A DNA stretch of 64,000 bases, taken from NCBI RefSeq assembly GCF_006345805.1, contig NC_042997.1, positions 100,750,001 to 100,814,000 of the forward strand. Direction: 5' to 3'. Below are positions 1-10,418 of this stretch, one piece after another; position 1 is the stretch's first letter; every line of letters starts with the position of its first letter. Origin of the DNA: Octopus sinensis (taxonomy: Eukaryota). Under the pieces are notes generated by a model. The model did not search any database. It saw nothing but the letters and a program-made list of their open reading frames with translations, and was not told the origin of the DNA. Made by a program: the position numbers and the translations under genes.

Positions 1-292
1 CTATCGGTCTTTTTGCCGAACTGCTAAGTTACGGGGACGTAAACACACCAGCATCGGTTGTCAAGCGATGTTGGGGAGACAAACACAGACACACAAACAC
101 AGATACAAATATATATACATATACATATATACGACGGGCTTCTTTCAGTTTCCGTCTACCAAATCCACTCAGAAGGCTTTGGTCGGCCCGAGGCTATAGT
201 AGAAGACACTTGCCCAAGGTGCCACGCAGTGGGACTGAACCCGGAACCATGTGGTTGGTAAGTAAGCTACATACCACACAGCCACTCCTGTG
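1..292 (-). mobile_element. tRNA-derived SINE, family B (runs off window start)
   Basis: Reverse complement of the GAGTGGCTGTGTGGTAAGTAGCTT...GGGTTCAGTCCC head and body seen at 505, 39344 and 59745. Confidence 0.85.
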
Positions 293-504
293 CCACCACT
301 TGCGTCATTTCCCAGAATATTGGGTGACTTGTTCAAACATTCTCCTTGTTGAACAATAATAAACATTGCATTGTTCACACTGCCACTCCAGGTGAACTTA
401 TTTTAGTCACTGTCGCTATTGTTGCTGTCTAACTTTAACTAGATAGTATTATAGCTTCCCTCACCCGCACTGGTGTTGATGTAGTCTTGTTTTCATTGTT
501 ATTG

Positions 505-887
505 TGGCTGTAGGGTGAGTAGCTTGCTTACCAACCACATGGTTCTGGGTTCAGTCCCACTGCGTGGCACCTTGGGCAAGTGTCTTCTATTATAGCCTCG
601 GGCCGACCAAAGCCTTGTGAGTGGATTTGGTAAACGGAAACTGAAAGAAGCCCGTCGTATATATATGTATATATATATATATACGTGTGTGTGTGTGTTT
701 GTCCCCCAACATTGCTTGACAACCGATGCTGGTGTGCTTACATCCCCGTAACTTAGCGGTTCGGCAAAAGAGACCGATAGAATAAGTACTAGGCTTACAA
801 AGAATATGTCCTGGGATCGATTTGCTCGACTAAAGGCAGTGCTCCAGCATGGCCACAGTCACATGACTGAAACAAGTAAAAGAGTAA
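505..887 (+). mobile_element. SINE family B, full length
   Basis: tRNA-like head, internal TA/GT microsatellite, 3' tail CAGTCACATGACTGAAACAAGTAAAAGAG. Confidence 0.85.
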
Positions 888-1169
888 TAGTTTTGAATTT
901 TGTCAGTCTCAGATCAATGAAAGAAGTAGACAGTATTCAATAGGGATTTAACACTAGTATATTATTATAACTGTTCTAGAGGATATTATTTTTAGTCTAT
1001 GCATCAGGAAAACACGAGTGCAAAGTTTTGAAACATTTTGAAACTATAACCAAAACCTTGTTGTTTAGCAACATACAGCACTTCCAAGTACTGGGATAGA
1101 TCAAGTCAGCTTTGCCATTTTTGTTGAAATTTGTCTTTTCATCAACATAATAGTTTCAGTTTAGGCATA

Positions 1170-1380
1170 AGACAAGTAGTTTTGAGGGAAGGGGTTTAGT
1201 TGATAAAATTGACCCCAGTACCTTATTTTATTTTAGATAGTACCATCAACTGGTATTTTATTTTATCAACACTGGAGGGATGAAAGGCAAAGTTGACCTT
1301 GGTGGAATTTGAACTTAAAACATAAAGTTCTGGAACAAATGCCGCAAGGCATATTTTCCGATTCAATAGCAATTGTCAGC
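1170..1380 (-). mobile_element. tRNA-derived SINE, family A
   Basis: GATGAAAGGCAAAGTTGACCTTGGTGGAATTTGAACT core shared with about 10 other copies. Confidence 0.75.
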
Positions 1381-1431
1381 TCTCTACTCTTCTTTATTAT
1401 GAATGCTATTCGTTTTTTCTCTCCTTTTTAG

Positions 1432-1629
1432 GATAGTTTTAAAACAAATATCCAGTTTAAAGGCGTTGAGTTTCGTTATCCAAGCCGTCCAAATATAAAC
1501 GTTCTCCAAGGTTTGAATCTTGATGTCAACCAAGGTGAAACAATTGGTCTCGTTGGAGAAAGTGGTTGTGGAAAAAGTACTTGTATGCAGTTAATTGAAA
1601 AGTTTTACAAACCAGAAACAGGATCAGTG
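1432..1629 (+). CDS. ABCB1-like: ABCB/P-glycoprotein-like transporter, NBD2 exon (A-loop and Walker A)
   Basis: AG at 1430-31 and GT at 1630-31; 198 nt, phase 0/0. Translates DSFKTNIQFKGVEFRYPSRPNINVLQGLNLDVNQGETIGLVGESGCGKSTCMQLIEKFYKPETGSV (Walker A GESGCGKST). Confidence 0.95.
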
Positions 1630-2980
1630 GTACGTAGTCTATGTTTACTAATATATTGTTTACTAATATATATAACATGCTGTGTCTTTCAGGGTAAATT
1701 TGTAGCATAAATAGAAAGAGATTAAATTTTGTTTGTGTACAAAAAAAAAGAAGAAGATATTTAGTTTATATTCAGCTTCACATTTTATAACACACGAAGA
1801 TGCTATATCACATGAACAGATAAAATTAATGCAAACATTCGCAAATTTATCAGTTTAGTCATTAATTACTTCACAAATAATGGTAAAAGCAATATTTTGC
1901 CCCAGTAATTTTATCAGTTGATCAGTAATGACTGCAAATGAATTTCAAGCATTAATATATCTTGTATACAAATCTAAAAGATTAGACACGTTTAACCATC
2001 TTTATAACTAGTTGAAATAAAACAAACACAAAATACTCCTGCCTTTGTTGACAAGGAAGGAATTACAACCGTGTTTCGTGGTCTGCTACCACAACAGCTC
2101 CTTTATAGGATCCAGTTAGCTCAAGACATCATCAGGAGGAACCACGTCCGGTTTCGGCCCCTACTCCTCTACCGTTTTGACGTGGCGGCCCACCCCACTT
2201 TTCGGAGTTGGGTGCATGTCTTCTTTCTTCTGTTCCCTGGCCTCTTCGATGTATCGTCAGATAGTGTCAGCCGGTGACTGACTGACTTGTCAAATTTTCC
2301 CTTTAAATACCTGCCGCCAGACTCCAGCAGGCAGCCCCCAGCAAGTTGTCACGTGACACTGTCTCACCACCTTAACTGACTAGTGAAGGCGCGTAGTCTT
2401 AGCTCGCGCATTCTCTAACCGACTATCACCTATCAGTCAGCGAAGCTGATTCAGTGTCAGCTTGTCTCACCTAGTGATGTTATTTCCCGCCGGCATGTTA
2501 TGACTTTCAAGCCATTTTTGGTCTTCCCGCAAAAAAAAAAAAAAAAGAAAAAAGATTTGAAAAATGTTTTCAGAGGGTGAAAGGTGGCAACCCCGATTAG
2601 TACGTCACATGTATATTTATATATACTTCCTATTATATGGGTTGCATATTTCAGTGCGAGTTTTCAATGTAAAAATCTAGGAAATAAATAACTTAGGTTG
2701 ATGTGATATTGATTTGGAATTCATTTTTTCTAATTTAATTTTCTGAAATTTCTTGCAGTTTTAATGGATTATATTTAATATTTAAAATATAAAACTATAA
2801 TGTTCAGAACTGTTGAGGTTGATTTGATGTTTTTATACAAATAAAGAGTGGGTGATATCGATTCTAGTGGTCCCCATTTCTGGAGAGGAAGCAATTGAAT
2901 ATTGTTTTGTAGTGGATTTAGGATGAAAAACGAAACTAGTAAAGGCTGTTATATTGGAAGGGTTTGGGGGAAATAGTATG

Positions 2981-4271
2981 TACGGGCGTTCAATAAGTAA
3001 TGCCCCTGACCCACTTGTATTTGTTTGATCTAGCTGAAATTTTGAGTGTGCAATTATTTGTCTCTCTATAGAGTAGGTGGCAAATTACAGCTCTGAACTA
3101 ATTGGGGTTTCTGATTTACAGGTGTTTGAACTGAGTCAAGTGTGAAATGGAGTCTGTTGAGTGTCGAGCAGTGATCTGGTTTTTGTATTTGAAAGGATGC
3201 ACACCACGGGAGACTTTTGATGAAATGAAAGTAATTTATGGTAATGATGCCCCATCATATGACCTTGTAAAACGCTGGCATCGTGAATTCAAACATGGTC
3301 GGAACTCGGTGGAAACAGCTCCCAGATCTGGTCGCCCCACTTCTGCAATTGATGAGGCATCTGTCCGTCAAGCTGAGGCTGCCATTTTGGAAGATCGACG
3401 AATAACTATTCGCCAAATAGCCCACGAGGTCAAGATTAGTACCGGGTCTGTGGAAACTATCATTCATGACCATTTGCATATGCAAAAGGTGTCTGCCAGA
3501 TGGATTCCCAGGTTGCTCACACCTTTCCAGAAGCAAGAACGCGTCGAGTGCTCGAGGATGAATTTGGAGATGTGCCAAGAAGATGAGTCAAAATTTTTCA
3601 AAAGACTGATTACACAGGATGAAACCTGGGTCCATCACTATGATCCAGAGACCAAAGCCCAGTCAATGCAGTGGAAGCATCGTGACTCACCTTCTCCAAA
3701 GAAGGCAAGGGTGCAGCCCTCCGCTGGCAAGGTCATGCTCACAGTCTTCTGGGACCAGGACGGAGTATTGATAACAGATTTCCTGGCAAAGGGTACCACA
3801 ATTACAGGAGCCTATTATGCTTCACTTTTGAGGAAATTAAGAGAAACTATCGAAATCAAGAGGTGGGGTAAGATCAGCAAAGACATCCTCCTCCTGCAGG
3901 GCAACGCTCCGGTTCACAACTCGCTTGTCGCTAGATCAGAAGCACAGGCGTGCGGCTATGAACTCCCCCCCACCCCCTACTCTCCTCACCTTGCACCCTC
4001 TGATTTTCACCTCTTCCCAACCATGAAGTTGTTTTTGAAAGGAAAGCGTTTCCCAGATGACGCAGCCTTGATTTCTGAAGTCACGTCGTGGTTGGAGGAC
4101 CAAGCTGGGTCTTCTAAAAAAAACGGTCTCCAGAGCTGTATCAAACAATGGGAGAAATGCGTAACTCTGGGTGGTTCCTATGTAGAGAAAGACTAATAAC
4201 TGTGCAAAGTTTCGTTGCTCTACTGCTATGGGAAGTGGGTCAGGGGTATTACTTATTGAACGCCCCTCGTA
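2981..4271 (+). mobile_element. Full-length mariner DNA transposon with TA target duplications
   Basis: TA at 2981-82 and 4270-71. TIRs ...GGCGTTCAATAAGTAAT(G/A)CCCCTGACCCACTT; the left TIR lacks 3 nt near its tip. About 1.29 kb with a single transposase ORF. Confidence 0.95.
3147..4196 (+). CDS. Mariner transposase, 349 aa, open frame but mutated catalytic triad
   Basis: WIPRLL, TQDETW and YSPHLAPSDFHLF motifs present. The second catalytic D (normally in [H/Q]DNA) is G: LQGNAPVH, codon 3900-02. Confidence 0.9.
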   Translation: MESVECRAVIWFLYLKGCTPRETFDEMKVIYGNDAPSYDLVKRWHREFKHGRNSVETAPRSGRPTSAIDEASVRQAEAAILEDRRITIRQIAHEVKISTGSVETIIHDHLHMQKVSARWIPRLLTPFQKQERVECSRMNLEMCQEDESKFFKRLITQDETWVHHYDPETKAQSMQWKHRDSPSPKKARVQPSAGKVMLTVFWDQDGVLITDFLAKGTTITGAYYASLLRKLRETIEIKRWGKISKDILLLQGNAPVHNSLVARSEAQACGYELPPTPYSPHLAPSDFHLFPTMKLFLKGKRFPDDAALISEVTSWLEDQAGSSKKNGLQSCIKQWEKCVTLGGSYVEKD

Positions 4272-4981
4272 ACTATTAAAGAGGAGTAGGATCTGGTGTA
4301 GCAAAGATAAGAGAAGTTAGAAAAGATACAACACACCCGTATGGTCGTGGTAGTCATGTATGTGTAAGTTAATATTTGTCAACCAGTTAGATGCCGAATT
4401 TCTGTTGAGAGTGAAGATGCTATCTAGGATATTTGTGTACGTGACAACAGATCATCCCAGATAGGTAGCAATCTAATGAGTCTCATTTAAGCATAGTAAA
4501 AGGTCAGTGACTGATTAGTATTGCTAAAGCTTTTGGCCTCAGAGGAGCCCATTTTGTGGGATTCGGTTTTGGTTATATTGCATGGGATGACAATATGAAT
4601 GATCACCAAATATTATGAAAACATAGTATTTGTAAAAGTTTTTAGTTCAGAATAGTAACTTTTATATTACTGATCTATTCTTTGAAATATTGAAGATTAT
4701 GACAAAAGTGAAGAGTTTTGAATAAAATATCTACCCTATATTTTGAATAAAATATCTAGCCAGAGAATAAAATTCTCTGCCCTAGCTTTCCATTTTGTGA
4801 TCAAAATAATCTAGCATGTTTTAAACCGATGAAAGTTCTCCTTTATGTACCTAACACATAAATCTTTATATGCTGTCTAATATCCAGTATTATTGGCTTC
4901 AGGTTACAACATAAGATTTCAACCTAAAAGCATAAGAAATAAATTACTTTGATGTAAATGTTTTGTGATATACAATTGAGT

Positions 4982-5200
4982 TAAGGTGGTGAGCTGGCAG
5001 AAACGTTAGCATGCCAGGCGAAATGCTTAGCGGTATTTCGTCTGTCTTTACGTTATAAGTTCAAATTCCGCTGAGGTCGACTTTGCCTTTCATCCTTTCG
5101 GGGTCAATAAATTAAGTACCAGTTGTGTACTGGGGTAGATCTAATCGGCTGCACCCCTCCCCCAAAATTTCAGGCCTTGTCCCTAAAGTAGAAAAGGATA
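4982..5200 (+). mobile_element. SINE family A
   Basis: GGTGGTGAGCTGGCAGAAACGTTAGC...AGTTCAAATTCC head (A/B-box-like) and tail GGCCTTGTCCCTAAAGTAGAAAAG. Confidence 0.85.
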
Positions 5201-5312
5201 TACAGTTGAGTTAATTTTGATGGTTTTTTCAGAGATTTCATGAAATCATAATGGATTATATTGAATTTCCCAAACAGTTTATTCCAACACATTCTTTTAA
5301 CCTATATTTCAG

Positions 5313-5519
5313 CTTCTAGACGGCAAAGATCTAAACGATTTAAATACTTCATGGCTTCGTCAACAGCTTGCTATTGTCTCTCAAGAACCAGTTCTATTTT
5401 CCTGTTCAATCCAAGAAAATATTGCTTATGGAGACTTGTCCCGAATGGTGACATTCGATGAAATTGTCAATGCTGCTCAACAAGCAAATATTCATTCTTT
5501 TATAGATTCTCTACCTGAG
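5313..5519 (+). CDS. ABCB1-like: ABCB-like NBD2 exon (Q-loop)
   Basis: tttcAG acceptor and GTGAGT donor; 207 nt. [69 protein letters not shown]. Missed by the ORF track. Confidence 0.95.
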
Positions 5520-5584
5520 GTGAGTGTTTATATTTATTCATTGGGTATATGTTTATTTGTAGTAGGAATAATGATAATAATAAT

Positions 5585-5803
5585 AATAATAATTTAAAAG
5601 TTTTGCAACAAGGGCAGCTTGGGGTAGGGGATTAAGTCGATTACATCTATCCCAGTGTGTAACTGGTACTTATTTAATCGACCCCAAAAAGATGAAAGGA
5701 AAAATTGACCTTGGTGGAATTTGAACTCAGAATGTAGCGGCAGACGAAATACCGCTAAGCATTTCACCCGGTGAACTAACGATTGTACCAGCTCGTCGTC
5801 TTC

Positions 5804-5873
<70 letters not shown>

Positions 5874-6087
5874 TATTATTATTATTTCAAATTTTTCCAC
5901 ACGGGCACCAATTTTTGGGGAGGAGATGAGTTGATTACATCGACTCCAGTGTTCAACTGGTACTTATTTTACCTCGAAAGGATGAAAGGCAAAGTTGACC
6001 TTGGTGGAATTTGAACTTAGAATGTAGCGACGGGTGAAATACCACTAAGCATTTCGTCCAGCATGCTAACGATTCTTCCAGCTCGCC

Positions 6088-6090
<3 letters not shown>
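5585..6090 (-). mobile_element. Two tandem SINE family A copies separated and flanked by (TAA)n
   Basis: Copies at about 5585-5805 and 5885-6090; (TAA)n at about 5570-5593, 5806-5875 and 6088-6135. Confidence 0.85.
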
Positions 6091-6122
<32 letters not shown>

Positions 6123-6129
6123 TAATAAT

Positions 6130-7330
6130 AATATGAACAATTGGCTGGAACAAGACCCTCTGCATGGCAAATATGTGTCCCGTAGTAAAATGCTGATGTT
6201 GACCAGAAGCACATTCATCAATAGCTATGGAGCTTAAGGCTAAAGGCAAAGAGTGAAGGCTTTATCTTAGCTGCTCAAGACCAAAACTTATTGACCCGTA
6301 ACTACCAAGCCAATGTGATGGAAATGGAGTAGACCCTAAGTGCTGATACAACAAAGATGAGATTGAAAGAGTGGACCCCCTAATTTCTGAGTGTAAAGTT
6401 TTAGCACCTTTCGAGTATAAATCAAGGCATGATAGAGTTGGCCAATATCTAGACTGGTTAAAAAGTTGGCATTATGAAATCAAAACTGCTGACAAATGGG
6501 TCAAACACCACTCTGTAACTGAAGGAGAAAATGTAACAATTCTTTGGGATTTTCCAGTACATACAAAACGGATCATCAAAGCTAATAAACCAGAGATTGT
6601 TGTGAAAGACCCAAACAATAAAAACTCTTTATTGATTGACATGAGCATACTTTGTGATCATAATATCTCGGATAAAGAAAAGCGGTGGGCTGGCAGAAAC
6701 GTTAGCATACAGGGCGAAATACTTAGCAGTATTTCGTCTGTCTTTACGTTCTGAGTTCAAATTCTGCCGAGGTCAACTTTGCCTTTCATCCTTTCGGGGT
6801 TGATACATTGAGTACCAGTTGCATGCTGGGGTAAATCTAATCGACTGGTCCCCTCCCCCAAAATTTTTGGCCTTGTGCCTAGAGTAGAAAACAATATCTC
6901 GGGAAAAGAATTTAATAAGTTCAGAAAATATAAAGATTTGCTGACTGAAAAAAAAATGTGGCATCTCAAGACGGTTACAACACCAATGATTGTAGGAGCA
7001 CTTGGAATGATAAAGAAAGGAACTGAAAATTATTTGAAGATGATCCCTGGCTTACCATCCATGCCAAAAGTGCAAAAGATCGTTTTAAGTGGTACGTCAC
7101 ATGTATTGAGAAGAGTATTGTCACTGTGAATTTTCTTTCCTTTCTGTTTTCTTTTTTTCATTTTTTCCAATTTTTTAAATTTTTTCTGTTTTCCTTCCTT
7201 TCTTTTTTTTCTTCCCCTTTTTTCTGCCACATTACTTTGTAAATGAACAATTTGGTGTGTTTATTTTAATGGCTTACCAATGTATACAGTAAGTTTCTTT
7301 GCCCTAGGTGTCAGGAAGACACTTGGCAAA
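6130..7330 (+). mobile_element. R4/Dong-like LINE 3' fragment (decayed), interrupted by a SINE
   Basis: Remnants PLHGKY, EGFILAAQDQNL.TRNYQ, RHDRVG, NKPEIVV and KYKDL, colinear with the 10.4-13.4 kb element. Confidence 0.8.
6680..6892 (+). mobile_element. SINE family A with 18-bp target-site duplication
   Basis: AATATCTCGGATAAAGAA (6662-79) versus AATATCTCGGGAAAAGAA (6893-6910). Confidence 0.85.
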
Positions 7331-7356
7331 AAAATGGAAACAAAAAGAGGATGATG

Positions 7357-7395
<39 letters not shown>

Positions 7396-7600
7396 TTCAG
7401 TATCCTATGTTCCTTGCTCTTGGTGACTCCTGGTTCATGTTCATAGCATTTCCGTGCTCTGTTCAAGCCGTACTTTTCACATAACCTCCAGTGGACGAAC
7501 TTAATTACGTTATCATGCCTCCTTTTGTGGTGATGTTGGGTCAGCTTGCTATACTCACTTACAATATATGAGATTGTTTTGTTTCTGCTGCCACACATCC
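7396..7600 (-). mobile_element. R4/Dong-like fragment, opposite strand
   Basis: ETISYIVS-like region, RRHDNVIKFVHWRLCEKYGL and YEHEP motifs. Confidence 0.7.
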
Positions 7601-7744
7601 TACAAAGGGGTGATTCGCTACTTTTGTCTATTTGGAAAGAAACCCTGTGAGACCTCTGACAGCAGACTGCTGTCCACTCTCACAGAATCTACCAGAACAA
7701 ACAAGACCAAGCGTTCTGAGAAGTATAACAACAACAATAATAAT

Positions 7745-9290
7745 AATCAACCACCTTCTCTTCAAGATGATTTAAAGCTGCTTGCAAAGACAAAGCCTGA
7801 AATGATGAGATTCGTTGAAACTGTACAGATGTGCACCAAGGATATAGGACATAAGGTATCTTGAAGTGTGCGGTGCTCGCTTTGAAACGGGGGAGAAGAA
7901 CAGATTGTAAGAGACACAGAATTGCCAAACGGAGAGAGAATGGGAGACCCGGATGATGATGGGTACAAGTACCTTGGGATCCTGGAGCTTGCACAGAGAA
8001 ATGAAAGACAAGGTCATCACTGCATATTTGAAGCACCTCAAAATTCTCTTGAAATCAAAATTAAACGCAAGGAACCTTGTGACTGCCATCAGCATATGGG
8101 GCTGTTGCTGTAGTTCGCTATTGTGCACCCATCTTGAAATGGACACGAGCGGAGATTAACCAACTTGATCCCACTACCTGAAAGACGATGACAATGCATG
8201 GTACCCTCCACCCTAAGGCGAACGCACACAGGCTCTAAATGAAGAGGAATAAAGGTGGACGTGGGCTGATTAGCGTACTGGAGTGCATCACCTGTGTGAA
8301 GAAACATGGTAGAAAATTTGGTAAACAGCAAACAAGACCTGCTATAGTATGCTGTTAATGCAGAAGGATATACCAAAAATGGACTTGAAAGTGTTAATCA
8401 ATTCCGATCACGAATAACCAGCGAGAGAGAAGAAACTCTACTCCACTTGGAATTACATGGTCAGTTCCATCGAGAAAATAGCAAGTTAAAAGACCAGGAA
8501 GCATCATGGAGGTGGCTCAGCAAGTGTGACCTAAAAAAAGAAGACTGAAAGCTTAATCATCGCTGCTCAGAATCAGGCATTGACTACCAACTCAGTGGAA
8601 AGGGATATATACCACACAAGTGCTACGAACCTCTTCAGAATATGTTGGAAGATGGTCGAAAGCATGACTCACATTGTTAGTGCTTGTGAAAGTCTTGCGC
8701 AAAAAGAGTACAAGCGCAGACATGACAAGGTAGCACAAAATCTTCACTGGTTACTATGCAGGAAGTATGGACACGAGGTAACGAGTGCTTGGTACGAACA
8801 TACACCAGAAAAGGTAATGGAAAAAAAGGGGAAGGCAAAAATCCTGTGGGACTTTGATTTCCAGACAAGGTTTTAAAGCACCGAAAGCCGGACATAGTAA
8901 CCTTTAGGAGGGATAAACAAAAGTGCCGAATAATCGACGTGGCAATCCCAGGAGATCAAGATATTACCATGAAAAAAAAATTGATAGATATGGAGACCTG
9001 AAAATTGAGATTGCCACGATGTTGCAGCTACGCGAGTCAAACATAAAGATTGTCCCTATTGTCATCGGAGCATTGCGTTCAATACCACCCAACCTAAAGA
9101 AACATCTGGAAATTCTAGAAATACCCTACAGTCTAGGTATATTGCAAAAATCGGCAAGACTTGGAACTGCACTTGTATTGTGAAAAGTACTGTCTGTCTG
9201 AGGTCCTTGTTGTGACTTGACAGACAGTACAGACCCCCAGTAGGCACAATATCATCAATCAACAACATCACGCTATTAGGTAATGTGCGA
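7745..9290 (+). mobile_element. R4/Dong-like LINE, 5'-truncated and decayed (RT end to restriction-like endonuclease)
   Basis: Starts after (AAT)n. DDLKLLAK, YKYLGIL, ESMTHIVSAC, YKRRHDKVA, KPDIV and KYGDLKIEI motifs across frameshifts. Confidence 0.8.
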
Positions 9291-9323
9291 TATCTTAAAC
9301 AACAACAACAACACAATATAATG

Positions 9324-9800
9324 ACTAGCAGGACAGCCCGGCGTTGCCCGGGATTAAGTAAAATTATTAAGCTAATCAAGCGGTTTGTTTCAAACCAAAC
9401 TAAGTAACACTGATGTCAAATTTGAGCGAAATCCGTTGAAATTGGTAAACGTTTGGTTGAAAATGGGTTGCAGGCAATTTGATTGGGAAATCCCATAAGG
9501 AACCTGTTTATTGATTTTCCCACTCATCGAGTGTAATTTTTTTGAGAACTTAAAGCATTCAAAGATCCCATGAGTCCTAAGTAACGCCGGCATCAAGTTT
9601 GAACAAAATACATCAAAATTGGTAAAAGTTATGGTTAAAAATGGGGTGTAGCCAATTTTAGTGAGAAATTTTATTAGGAATCGGTTTATTGATTTTCATC
9701 CTGATTGAATGGAAAAACACCATAAGGAATCAATTTATTGATTTTTCACCCCAAACAGGACTTAACCGAACACAACATTACTGATTCAAAAAATCTATAT
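9324..9800 (-). mobile_element. Non-autonomous Helitron-like element (3' terminus seen)
   Basis: Minus strand reads CCCGG-GCAACG-CCGGG hairpin (9337-52), 8 nt, then CTAG|T. Body has imperfect ~175-bp repeats. 5' end uncertain. Confidence 0.55.
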
Positions 9801-10094
9801 TTATACTTTAAAGTTGGTTTTCACACCCAACCCAGTTCTGCAGAATCAGTGTCGCGACGGGAACGCATGTGTTGGGAGGTTGACCGGCAGAGGTAATCAG
9901 GTTCACATGTTGGCCTTTTCGAAACCACTATCCCTACCTTCTAACCCTATTTGGCCCCTGGGTTGGGAGCCTTTCCAGCAAGGAAAATAGAACACCCAAA
10001 AGGGCTCCCGATCCTCTGTGTCAGAAGAGGTTATGTTCGGATTACAACTAAACCTTAACCTAAGCCTAAGTTAACCTAGCGAAAGGAGGCTCGG

Positions 10095-10136
<42 letters not shown>

Positions 10137-10140
10137 TAAT

Positions 10141-10373
10141 AGTGGTTTCATATTTTGGCACAAGGCCAGCAATTTTAAGGAACGGGCTAAGTCAGACTGC
10201 TTTCAAGTCTCTTGCTTGCATTTTATGGAGGTTGTTTTTTCCCTTTATTTTCTTCTTGTCTTTGCTGAAAAGCAAAGTTAGCCTCAGTGGTATTTGAACT
10301 CAGAACATAAAGACGGACAAACTGCTGCTAAGCATTTTGTCTGGCATTCTAACGGTTCTGCCAGCTCTCCACC
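10141..10373 (-). mobile_element. SINE family A with an internal foreign patch, inside (TAA)n
   Basis: Head and tail match family A; 10192-10264 replaces the usual core. Confidence 0.75.
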
Positions 10374-10375
10374 TA

Positions 10376-10418
<43 letters not shown>

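Noticed and set aside
1513-1710. ORF-track peptide extending past GSV into VRSLCLL...
   Set aside because: Read-through into the intron; the true exon ends at the GT at 1630.
2064-2140. Minus-strand CTGATGA and GTGGT/ACCAC-GAAAC
   Set aside because: The hairpin before GAAAC is about 35 nt from the core and stem II cannot be closed in register; at best a decayed motif.
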